Part shown: piece by piece, positions 1 through 9,161 of the stretch
Numbering within the stretch: position 1 is the first letter of the stretch
How the letters are laid out: the number at the start of each line of letters is the position of its first letter
NCBI GenBank assembly: GCA_963663805.2
Contig: CAXXMR010000024.1
Span: forward strand, 1 to 37,882
DNA length: 37,882 nt
Origin: Sedimentisphaerales bacterium
Lineage (GTDB): Bacteria; Planctomycetota; Phycisphaerae; Sedimentisphaerales; SM23-30
Reading direction: 5' to 3'
Program-made: the position numbers and the translations under genes
The notes under the pieces: generated by a model
Database searches by the model: none
What the model was told of the DNA's origin: nothing
Seen by the model: the letters and a program-made list of their open reading frames with translations, nothing else

Positions 1-262
1 CGGGGACGTCTGATTGGCGAAAGAAGACTGAGCGGTCGGGGTCGATACCGACGGCGAGGTAGCCACGGGCGACTTCGGCGGTGTATTGGCGTAGTGCCTG
101 GGGTTCGGTGACGGAGGTCATGGAATGGTAGTTGGCGATGAAATAGTAGCACTGGTGGCCCTGGGCCTGTAGTTTAAGGTACTGTTTCATGGCACCGAAG
201 TAGTTGCCAATATGTAACTTACCGGAAGGCTGGATTCCGGAGAGTACTCTTTTCTGGGTCAT
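1..262 (-). CDS. trpS: Tryptophan--tRNA ligase, N-terminal part (runs off the window edge)
   Basis: Manual translation from the ATG at 262: MTQKRVLSGIQPSGKLHIGNYFGAMKQY...YFIANYHSMT, the TrpRS HIGH-type motif (HIGN). Confidence 0.93.
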   Translation of the reverse strand, partial: MTQKRVLSGIQPSGKLHIGNYFGAMKQYLKLQAQGHQCYYFIANYHSMTSVTEPQALRQYTAEVARGYLAVGIDPDRSVFFRQSDVP

Positions 263-312
263 TAGCTTTTGTTCCTGCTGTTAAAAATCCACACTATAAA
301 TGAAACGACGTT

Positions 313-341
313 AGCTTACTTGGGGGCGGGGGGGTTGTCAA
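313..341 (-). promoter_or_regulatory. Putative sigma70-type promoter of trpS
   Basis: TTGACA (341-336), 17-nt spacer, TAAGCT (318-313) on the minus strand. Confidence 0.6.
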
Positions 342-459
342 TCAATTGTCACATTCGAGGGCGTTCCAATCAGGTTTTGGGGCGAAATTGCGCGGCCTGG
401 ATAGCTGTATAATCGCGGCGAAATTGGTCTGTAAGTGCTTGTTTTGCGTGGAGGTGATT

Positions 460-750
460 GTTGTAAGTCTTTATTTTTGTAGGCGCGAAGGTGACTTCAT
501 AGTCGCGATTGTGACTTAAAACGGTTTTTGGGGGTGTGGCTTTCGCCTTAATGCGCAATTTGCAGGGGGCAAAATCAGCGCGATTGGGGATTTTGGGGGG
601 TAAAAAAGAGTGTTTGGGGCAAGGGGGCGGGGGATTTGGGGGTGTGAATATGCCTGTTTGGGGCGTTATTGCGGTGGTAAAGTTGTGTTTGCGGTGGGGG
701 TTTTCGGCGCGGTTTGGACTGGGATGACCGTTTTTTGACGATTTTTTTTT
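460..750 (+). repeat. Dispersed ~290-bp G/T-rich intergenic repeat A, copy 1
   Basis: Highly similar to the reverse complement of 19360-19649, e.g. gctttcgccttaatgcgcaatttgcagggggc and gtgtttgcggtgggggttttcggcgcggtttggactgggatgaccg. Confidence 0.9.
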
Positions 751-869
751 GGTTTTTTTGAATTTTGGATGAATTTTTCCAGAAAAATTCCTGTTTTTAG
801 TAGGTTTTTTCTGGGCGAGGTGGACAAAACTGGATGGGCTGGACTTGCTGGACAGGTTTTTGGGGGGGT

Positions 870-898
870 TTGACAGTTTGGGGGGTGGGGGGTAGTAT
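870..898 (+). promoter_or_regulatory. Putative sigma70-type promoter of pheT
   Basis: TTGACA (870-875), 17-nt G-rich spacer, TAGTAT (893-898). Confidence 0.6.
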
Positions 899-951
899 GG
901 TGGGTTCGGCAGGCTTGATGGCCTGTGAATTAGTATGAGAAAGGTTTGATT

Positions 952-2967
952 ATGAAAATATCGTTGGAATGGCTGAAACAGTACGTTGACTATAATGACA
1001 GTGTTGAGCGGCTGGCGGATATATTTACGGAGGCGGGGTTTCCGGTTGAGGAGATTCGGCAGGTTGGTTCTGATGTTATGCTGGATGTTGAGATAACTTC
1101 TAACCGGTCGGATTGTCTGGGTCATGTGGGGCTGGCCCGTGAGGTGGCGGCGGTAACGGGTTGTGCTTTTAGTCTGCCGGTGGTGGAATATGCTGAAGGG
1201 GCTAAGGCGGTCGGGGACTGGACCAGTGTGGTTGATGAGGCGGCTGAGCTTTGCAATCGCTATACGGCGCGGGTGATTGACGGAGTGACGATTGGGCCCA
1301 GCCCGGAATGGATGGTTAAGCGGCTGGCGACGGTGGGGGTGCGGTCGATAAATAATGTGGTTGATATTACAAATTATGTAATGATGGAGGTAGGTCAGCC
1401 GCTGCACAGCTTTGATTATGCCCGTCTAGGCGAGGGTCGGATTGTGGTGCGTCGGGCGGCGTTGGGCGAGCAGATGGAGATGATTGACCACAGTAAGATT
1501 GAGCTTAACCCGGAGATGCTGGTTATCGCGGACGCGAATCGTCCGGTTGCTTTGGCGGGGGGTGATGGGCGGTCTTGACAGTGAAGTAAGTGGGTATACC
1601 CAAACGATTCTTTTGGAGAGCGCTCATTTTGCTCCGCTGAGTGTGCGGAGTACGGCCCGGTCTTTGAGTATGGGCAGTGAAGCATCTTATCGTTTTGAGC
1701 GTGATGTCGATGTGGAGATGTGCGATTGGGCGTCGCGGCGGGCTACGGGCTTGCTGGTGGAGCTGGCGGGCGGCCAGGCGGCGGGCGGGGTGGTTGATGT
1801 CTGGCCTGTAAAGCGGGACGGATGTGAAATCAGGATGCGGATGTCCCGATTAAAGGCATTGCTGGGGGTGGAGGTTGACAAGGAATATATCATGGGGGTT
1901 TTTGAGCGGTTGGGTTTTCGGCCTGACGCTGAAGGTGATTGTGTGGTATGTCAGCAGCCGAGCTGGCGGCGGGATGTTTATCGGGAAGTGGACCTGATTG
2001 AGGAAGTGATTCGGGTTAAGGGGTATGGCTGTATTCCGACGGAGAAGCGGATTCATATCGAGGTAGCGACGCGTGACAAGGTGCAGCGGACGCGTGACAA
2101 TATAACGGGGACACTTAGTGGGTGCGGGTATTATGAGACGGTTAATGTAGGGTTTTTGGAAGATAAGCATCTGGAGTTATTTTCGGAAGCAGGGTATGAG
2201 CCGGTGCGGGTGAAGGATTTTACGCGTAAGAGTAATAACGCTTTGCGGCATACCTTGCTGGCGTCATTACTGGCGGTTCGGCAGCGGAATCAGGCGGCGG
2301 GTAACGGTCGTTGTGATATGTATGAGCTGGCGGCTACGCATCGTCCGGGCGGTGAGGCGGGGGCTTTGCCGGCGGAGACGATTATGCTTAGTTTGATGAC
2401 TGATGGTGATTTTCGGGAGTTGCGCGGGGTGATAGAAAATGTAGCGGCGGGGCTTGACCAGCAGGCGAAGGTTGGTTGTCGGGCGGCGGAGGTGTTCTGG
2501 GCGGGGACAGGCAAGGGTGCGGAAGTGCTGGTTGATGATAAGGTGGTTGGGGTGATGGGTCAGCTCGACGAGAAAATCAGGGGACGCATTTGGCCTGGTG
2601 AACGATGTTTGTCTGGCGGAGATACGTTTTGAGGAATTGACGGCATTGGAAGGGCGGGTGCCGCAATTGCAGGGGCTGTTGCATTTTCCGCCGGTCAATC
2701 GTGATTTGTCGCTGGTGCTGGCTGACGAGGTGGCGTGGGAGAAAATTGAAGGTGTGATTTGGGCTCAGCAGTTAGCGGATATGCGGAAGCTGGAGTTTGT
2801 GGATATTTATCGCGGCAAGGGTGTGGCGGCAGGTAAGAAGAGTTTGACGCTGACGATGGAGTTTCGGCGGGCGGAAGAAACTTTGACGCATGAAAAAGTT
2901 GATGAGTATCAGGGGTCAGATACTGGATGCATTGAAGAAGGAGTTTGGGGCGGAGTTGCGGGCCTGA
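952..2967 (+). CDS. pheT: Phenylalanine--tRNA ligase beta subunit, short form; three apparent +1 frameshifts in G runs (~1560, ~2582, ~2913)
   Basis: ORFs 946-1578, 1484-2632 and 2598-2996 give MKISLEWL..ITSNRSDCL..NNVVDITNYVM..LLESAHF..SYRFER..PSWRRD..DLIEEV..RDLS..KKSL. Removing one G at each run restores a single frame ending ...KEFGAELRA*. Confidence 0.92.
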
Positions 2968-2975
2968 AAAAGATT

Positions 2976-3009
2976 TCAGAAATCAGATCTCAGTAATCAG
3001 ATTAATGAC
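2976..3009 (+). repeat. Heptamer tandem repeat (TCAGann x4)
   Basis: tcagaaa tcagatc tcagtaa tcagatt aatgac; closely resembles 15198-15224. Confidence 0.7.
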
Positions 3010-3118
3010 ATGGCGACTGCTTTGGGCAGATATTTTTTAGGCTTTTGTGGGTTGTGCGGGTTGTAGGGGTTGGGGATTTGTGGGATTTTGGTTCGAGAAA
3101 TAATTGAAGTTAAAGGAA

Positions 3119-3147
3119 TTGCATTCCGATAATAAAGATGGTATAGT
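3119..3147 (+). promoter_or_regulatory. Promoter of the putative 6S RNA
   Basis: TTGCAT (3119-3124), 17 nt, TATAGT (3142-3147) with an extended -10 TGn. Confidence 0.65.
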
Positions 3148-3169
3148 TAGGTTTGTCAGAGATGCCTAC

Positions 3170-3355
3170 AGGCCTCTGCCATGTACGCGACGATCGGTTG
3201 TATTTGAAGAACCGATGACCATGTATCGGGAAGCCGGAAAAACTTTAACGCCGGATGTGCCTGCCAGCCAGGATTTCTGGGATAAGCGACGGCTGCCCAC
3301 TTCGATATAATGGGTTCTTCCAATTGCCCTTCGGGCGGCATTGCGGTGGAGGCTT
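3170..3355 (+). ncRNA. ssrS: 6S RNA (putative)
   Basis: ~185-nt rod: closing stem GCCUCUGCC/GGUGGAGGC, AAGAACC/GGUUCUU stem, central bubble, then GGGAAGCCG/CGGCUGCCC. Own promoter and terminator, downstream of pheT, no credible ORF. Confidence 0.75.
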
Positions 3356-3367
3356 TTTGATATTGCG

Positions 3368-3400
3368 AAGTCTGTCCAGTTTTGGGCGGACTTTTTTTTT
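3368..3400 (+). terminator. Rho-independent terminator
   Basis: AAGTCTGTCCA-GTTT-TGGGCGGACTT hairpin (with G-U pairs) followed by a T run. Confidence 0.8.
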
Positions 3401-3409
3401 GTGCGTATC

Positions 3410-3594
3410 GGTGCGTATCGCACTGATGGATCGCCGCGGTCGTTTGGGGGTTTTGGCGCTTCCGTTGGTCGCTTGCATGGTTGGCAAGAATCTGCGGCGG
3501 ACAGGTTAGAAGAAGGCTGGTGCGTATCGCACTGATGGATCGCCGCGGTCGTTTGGAGGTTTTGGCGCTTCCGTTGGTCGCTTGCATGGTTGGC
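3410..3594. repeat. 76-bp direct repeat x2 (3410-3485, 3519-3594) with a 33-bp spacer; partial third copy at ~5087-5125
   Basis: ggtgcgtatcgcactgatggatcgccgcggtcgtttgg[g/a]ggttttggcgcttccgttggtcgcttgcatggttggc; one mismatch between copies. Confidence 0.92.
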
Positions 3595-3602
3595 TGCAGA
3601 AG

Positions 3603-3770
3603 AAGGCAAGAGGCATGAGGGATGAGGGATGAGGCATGAGGCATAAAAGACAAGAGGCAGAAGTGAACGGCTGGGTTTCGGCCTTGGTCCTAGAGTTGGC
3701 TAATTAACAGCGTGATACCTGCCTTGGGCAGGGTTTATTTTATTATCCGGCTGCTTACGCAACCCGGCTT
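3603..3770 (+). repeat. Repeat module B: GAGG(C/G)AT heptamers + AACGGCnnGGTTTCG-hairpin + AGGGTTT(A/T)..TTTTA + CTTACG...CGGCT
   Basis: Similar to the reverse complement of 19194-19298; the core motif also occurs at 15219-15251. Confidence 0.7.
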
Positions 3771-3867
3771 CTGTTGGTGGGGATTTTTTTGCAATTTTTG
3801 GGGGTATTAATGCCGATAATGACATTGATATAGTGGTTTTGCGCGCGGGGGAATGGAGTTTTGAACG

Positions 3868-5098
3868 ATGGCTGATGGTCGGTATGGGTTGGTGATATTT
3901 GAAGATTCGGGTTGGCGTGATTTTCTGCCGCTGGTTTACTGGCGGGGGGTTAGTCAGCTTCGTTGCGGTTATTATAGTTTGGCGGAGCGGATATGTCGGG
4001 TTCAGGATAGTGAAAAGGCGGTTCTTTTTGTTCGCAAGGAGCTGCGGGCTTTTCTGGGTGAGCAGTTTGGGGACTTGGTTTGTGAGCGGACGGCAGGTCG
4101 TACGCTGTTTGTGAATGGTCGACTTTTGCTGGAGGCGGCGATTGGTGCGGCGGCTGGGAATGTGGCTGGTGAACTGGGCGGCCAGGTTGCCTGGGTTTGG
4201 GCGGACGATAATCTGGCGAAGAAATTAACGGCTGATGTCTTTCTGGACGCGGGGCGGTTGGCGGAGGAGTTGGAGGGATTCGAGAAGGTTGAAGCATCTG
4301 GGAAACTGATGCGGTACGGCTGGGATTTGGTGGGTGAGAATGGCCGACTTTTGGCAAGTGATTTTATTGAGGGCGGAGTGGAAGGCAAGGTTTATGAGGG
4401 GGCTCATCTGGTCAATCGAGAGCGGATATGGATTGGCGAAGGGGCGGTGGTCAAGCCGGGTGCGGTGATCGATGCTGAGGACGGGCCAGTTTATGTTGGG
4501 GCGGGGACGATGATAGGCCCTAATTGTACGATTCAGGGGCCCAGCTATTTTGGGGCGAATTGTCTGGTTCAGCCGAACGCGGTGATTCGGGAAGGATGTA
4601 ACTTTGGGGCTGTGTGTAAGCTGGGCGGGGAAATTGAAGAAACAATTATTCAGGGCTATTCGAATAAGCAGCATAATGGTTTTTTTGGGGCATAGTTATC
4701 TGGGCAGTTGGATAAACCTGGGGGCTGAGACTGTAAATAGTGATTTGAAGAACACTTACGGTTATGTGAGTGTTGATTTGAATGGTTTACGGATTGATAC
4801 GGGTCGGACTTTTGTGGGGCTGACGATGGGTGATTTCGGCAAGAGCGGGATAAATACGGCATTTGGTACGGGTGCGGTTGTGGGTTTTGGGTCGATTTTA
4901 GTACGTTCGGGGATTATAAGTGGGTTTGTGCCGTCTTTCCGGTGGTATAGCGATGACGGTATGGCGGCGGGCGAAGTTGAGAAACTTCTGGCGGTGGCGG
5001 AGAAGGTGATGGCTCGTCGTAAGGTTGTGATGACCGAAGCGATGAAGTCACTGTTCCGGTGGGTTGGTGCTGAGGCAAGTCGGCTGGAAGAAGGCTAG
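3868..5098 (+). CDS. GlmU-related putative sugar nucleotidyltransferase / hexapeptide-repeat protein; one +1 frameshift in the T run at ~4683
   Basis: N-terminal FED..FLPL..LRCG, left-handed beta-helix repeats, SNKQHNGFLGHSYLGSWINLGA..SDLKNTYG across the junction of ORFs 3868-4695 and 4604-5098. Confidence 0.8.
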
Positions 5099-5231
5099 TG
5101 ATGCGTATCGCACTGATAGCTCGCCTCAAGTGTCAGGGTTAAATGTTGAGTCAACGGCGGTGCTTGTTGGCGTCGATGGACAGATATTTTGGTTAGGAAA
5201 TAATTTCACCTTAGATGACAAGGAGATGATT

Positions 5232-5921
5232 GTGAAGAAGGTTTCTTTAATATTGACGCTGGTTTTGGTTTGCGGTGCTTTGGTTTTGAGTTCTGGTTGT
5301 GCGGGGGCAGGGGCGGCTGGAGAGCAAGTTTTCTCAGATTAAGGTATCGGAGACGGATTCTACGGGTGTTCTGACTTTGCTGCCGGAGCCGGGGGATGAT
5401 GCATACAGCGGACTCTTTGAGTCTGATTGTGAAGAAGGGCTGGACGAAAGAGATTGGGGTGGTTCGGTTCAACGCTGAGGATTCGCTGGTACGTCGCAAG
5501 ACCTATTTGCAGCATCGCAGTCGTATCAAATATCCGCCTTTTGTGACGGAGCAGTTGTACCTTTATGTGCAGAGTCGTTTGCCGGGCGAAGTGCTGGAAG
5601 AACCTTATGAAAGTGAGCTGAGCAAGAGCACAGCGATACTTCGTTATTGCCATGAGGCGATAGTCGAGGATAGTCGGGCATTTAATGATGACCAGGACAC
5701 GGTTCGTCTTATCGGACTGGCCCGGACGGGTTTGGGGGGTGGCGATTCAGCAGTTGATAACCCGGCCTCGCGAGGCTGACGAAATAACCAATGGGGCGGG
5801 GTTCTTTTATACTCATCCGACGCTGGGTAAATGCCGAATTTACTTAACGCAGGAAAGTGAAGATGTCTTCACGGTCACTATCAAGGGTTCGGATTTGGTT
5901 GACCCCTTTGAAACGTGGTAG
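5232..5921 (+). CDS. Hypothetical lipoprotein; three apparent +1 frameshifts in G runs (~5305, ~5393, ~5737)
   Basis: AGGAG RBS then GTG; signal peptide with lipobox-like LSSGC. Removing single Gs joins ORFs 5064-5342, 5396-5779 and 5685-5921. Confidence 0.6.
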
Positions 5922-6018
5922 TTAAAGCGGCAGATATTTGGCTTTAGAGTTCGGATATCAAATTAACGGCAGTGCTTAGAGACTGAATTTTGGTCCTATA
6001 AGCGACGGCTTGGGTAAA

Positions 6019-6544
6019 ATGTTATCAGGAAGGCGTGAGAGAAGTTCGGGGTTCACGTTTATCGAGTTGATGATAGGCGTAGCTTTGTTCTCTGCTGCTG
6101 GTGGTAGTTATCGGGCGAGCGACGTGGGATTCTCGGCGTAAGGCTGACACGACTCGTGAGGTTTTGTCGGCTCGCCTGACCGAGAACGATATTATCAGAA
6201 AGATTGCCCGTCGTTTGCGTTGGGCGACGACTCTGAATTCTCTGGGGTATTACAGTTTTTCGTTTGAGGTTCCGGTCGCTGACGGCGCGGCGGGCGAGAC
6301 GGAGACTATCAGTTATTACTGGGACAGTGCTACGCGCAAAATAATGGAAAGCGATTCTGGGGGTTCGGATAAAGTTTTCGCCAGTGATGTTTATGTCTTT
6401 CAGATCGAGCAGATGGAAGGCAATTACGTCAGCGGTTATTACATTTCTCTGTTGAATTTTAAGGTTCAGGTTGGGCCTGACAGTTCTGATATGGTTATCC
6501 TGCCGATTTCGCTGGCTAATAAGCCGGTTTATACGGGTGGGTAG
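6019..6544 (+). CDS. Prepilin-type (type IV minor pilin / pseudopilin) protein; +1 frameshift at ~6090
   Basis: MLSGRRERSSG|FTFIELMIGVAL class III signal peptide, continuing into ORF 6101-6544. Confidence 0.75.
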
Positions 6545-6567
6545 TTTTTACTGTGACATATTTGTAT

Positions 6568-7087
6568 ATGATTTTATTTGGCAGAAGACAAACCGGGCGG
6601 GGGATGACGATGGCGGAGCTGATGACCGCGGTGGTTGTTATCGGGATTCTGGCGTCGGTGGCGGTTGTTTCGGTGGGCAATGCGATGGAGGCGGCTCGGC
6701 TTCGTCAGGCGGGGTGACAAGCTGGTGGCGGATTTGCGGGCGGCACGTCAGTCGGCTATCGAGACGCAGAAGGCGTATTCGGTTTTTGTGTTTGAGAATC
6801 GTATCAGTTATCTGATTCGGGAAGGCAATAGCGTGGCGGGTTTGCTTTCGAGTAATCCCTCTGACAATGATTTTGAATTGATGGAAAATGAGGTTGGGCT
6901 TTATTTTGAGCCGTATCGGTTAGAGAGCGTTGATTTGTCGGCTGACAAGGTATTGACTAATCAGCGGTTCAAGTTTGATAAAGATGGGCATTGTACAGCG
7001 GGGATACAGATTACGCTGACGTTGGGCAAAAGGAAGATTGTTATTAAGATAACTACCGGTGGTGAGATTACGCGGGTGGATGGATAA
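6568..7087 (+). CDS. FimT/GspH-like pseudopilin; +1 frameshift at ~6713
   Basis: MILFGRRQTGRG|MTMAELMTAVVVIGILASVAV, joining ...DKLVADLRAARQSAI...FDKDG. Confidence 0.75.
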
Positions 7088-7091
7088 GGTT

Positions 7092-7617
7092 ATGCGGAAC
7101 AGGAGCGGTTTTACATATTCCGAGGTTATGGTGTCGGTGGTGATAATATCGGTGCTGCTGATAGCGGGGGTTCGATTGTTTGGTGGTTTGGGGCGAGGGA
7201 TGCAGAGTAATCTTGACACGGACGCGGCTGAGACCCTGACGCTGGAGATGATACATGAGATAATGGGCAAGCATTATTCCGAGCCGGTTGACGAGGCGGT
7301 TTTTTGGTCGGGAGTCGGGAGAGTCGGTTAGCAGTCGTTATGCTTATGATGACGTAGATGATTTTAACGGCTGGAGCATGAGTCCGCCGATTGACCGGAC
7401 GGGTGACAGTCGGAACAGGTATGATGGTTTGACTCGTTCGGTTGCGGTTGAGTATGTTGAGTCGAATGACTTCGACCAGACAACCAATAGCGACGAAGGG
7501 TTCAAGAAAGTTACCATCCAGATTTCGCGGGGGAACAAGGTTGTTCTGGAGCGGAGTTACATTTTGCCGGCGGTTCCGGTGACGATGGCGGATAATGAAT
7601 TTGTGTCAGGGTTCTAA
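7092..7617 (+). CDS. PilV/GspI-like minor pilin; +1 frameshift in the T run at ~7302
   Basis: MRNRSG|FTYSEVMVSVVIISVLL, joining FGRESGE..YDDVDDFNGW..KKVTIQI. Confidence 0.75.
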
Positions 7618-8747
7618 AGTGCGTAAAGGTTCGATATATATCATAGCTTTGGTCTCGGCAGTGGTGCTGGTTTCGATGGCGTTGGGGCTGTCGTATCTGG
7701 GTAATGCAGTTTCGCTCGAGTTCGCGCAGTAATGCCAGGATTGACCAGGCTTATGTCTACGCGGAGCTGGGCGTGCGACACGCAATATGTTTAACTCATC
7801 AGGCGGATTCATGGCGGAGTTTGGTTAGTAATGGTACGTGGTTGTCTGATGTTGCGGTTGATGGGGCGGTGTATAGTGTAGCCGGGATTGACCCGGATGA
7901 CGGTGATATTGGCGATGATGATTACAGTCATGTGATTTTGACGTGTACATCGGAGCTGGACGGGGTATCGCGGGTGGTTCAGGTTGAGGCGGCCCCGGAG
8001 CCTCTGGAGATTATGGGGGCGGCAGTGGCGTCGAAGGGTAATTTCTATTTGTATAACTATGCGATAATCGAAGGTGATGTTTTGAGTGACAGCAACGTGA
8101 TTCGCTATTCGAGTAAATATATTTCCGGTAATGTGACATCGCGGCAGAATATCTGGGGATTTACGACTGTCAATGGCACGATAAGTTCTTATGACCATAC
8201 GATAGATTTTCCGACGCGGACGGCGATACTGAATTTTTTTATTGCGCGAGGAACGGTTATACCTTATCAGCGGACTTTGTATAATCGTGTTTTGAGTACG
8301 ACGAGCAATCCTTTCGGGCAGGCGAATCCGGAAGGGGTTTATGTAATGTACTGCAATAATCGGCGGACGGATATTGAGAAGTGCCGAATAACGGGGACGC
8401 TGGTGATTATAGAGGCCAGCGATGGCGAGATTGAGGACTGGAACGTTATAAAGGCTGCGCATCCGAATTATCCGTCTTTGGTTTTGGACACTTATTCCAA
8501 TTATGAAATAATTCTGGATGACGATGATGGGTCATATATAAATGACGGGATAATTTGTACGAATGAGCTTTATTTGAAGGATGAATGCGCGATTCAGGGG
8601 CCGGTGATTTCGCTGGGAAATTTGATTATTGAGGAATATTCGGTAGTTACTGCCGACCCGGAGCGGCCGGCGAATCCTTATCCGTATTGTGTGGAGCCTC
8701 ATTTGCTGCCGGTGGCAAATACGTGGCGGGAAGTTGTTTCGGAGTAG
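7595..8747 (+). CDS. PilX/GspK-like large minor pilin; +1 frameshift at ~7700
   Basis: MNLCQGSKVRKG|SIYIIALVSAVVLVSMALG (no E5, as in PilX/GspK), joining ...QAYVYAELGVRHA and a beta-rich C-terminal domain. Confidence 0.7.
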
Positions 8748-8750
8748 TAA

Positions 8751-9146
8751 TCAACTGCCGACAGCGTCGAGGACGTGTTCAGCGACGAAGATGGGGGTCA
8801 GGTTGACGATGCCCAGGGCGATGGCGTCGCTGGGTCGGGAATCGACTTCGATGGTTTGGTTGTTCTGGGCGATGAGGAGTGTAGCGTAGAAGACATCTTC
8901 GCGGAGGTCGTTGATGATGACCTGAGTCAGGTTTCCGCCGAGCTGTTCGATTACTCGGTGGAGGAGTTCGTGTGTTAGGGGTCTGGGCGTGGGGATACCT
9001 TTCAGGCGGCGGTCGATGGCGATGGCTTCGTTGATGCCGATGGCGATGGGGAAGCCGCGGTCGCCATTTTTTTCCTGAAGGTAGATTAGCTGGTGGTCGG
9101 AGTTTTCCTGAATGAGTATGCGGGAGAGTTCCATTTCCACGTTCAT
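8751..9146 (-). CDS. Bifunctional nuclease family (DUF151) protein
   Basis: FPIAIGINEA..RPLTHEL..FYATL..DSRPSDAIAL motifs. Confidence 0.9.
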   Translation of the reverse strand: MNVEMELSRILIQENSDHQLIYLQEKNGDRGFPIAIGINEAIAIDRRLKGIPTPRPLTHELLHRVIEQLGGNLTQVIINDLREDVFYATLLIAQNNQTIEVDSRPSDAIALGIVNLTPIFVAEHVLDAVGS

Positions 9147-9161
9147 TTTTCCGAACTCCAG

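Noticed and set aside
263..945. T-box riboswitches upstream of trpS or pheT (also checked valS and hisS)
   Set aside because: No T-box consensus or antiterminator seen, and the predicted leaders are too short.
370..1407. 345-aa minus-strand ORF and the short ORFs at 536-727 and 19370-19558
   Set aside because: Antisense shadow of pheT plus translation of non-coding repeat A; the frames differ between repeat copies.
952..2967. pheT pseudogene or programmed frameshifting
   Set aside because: Same-sign homopolymer insertions also affect all neighbouring genes, so sequencing error is more parsimonious.
3410..3594. CRISPR array
   Set aside because: Only two units, a 76-bp repeat is far longer than CRISPR repeats, and there are no cas genes in the window.
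3104..3653. Overlapping ORFs of 64-165 aa
   Set aside because: They span the 6S RNA, terminator and repeats; PHAS-type peptides arise from the heptamer tract.
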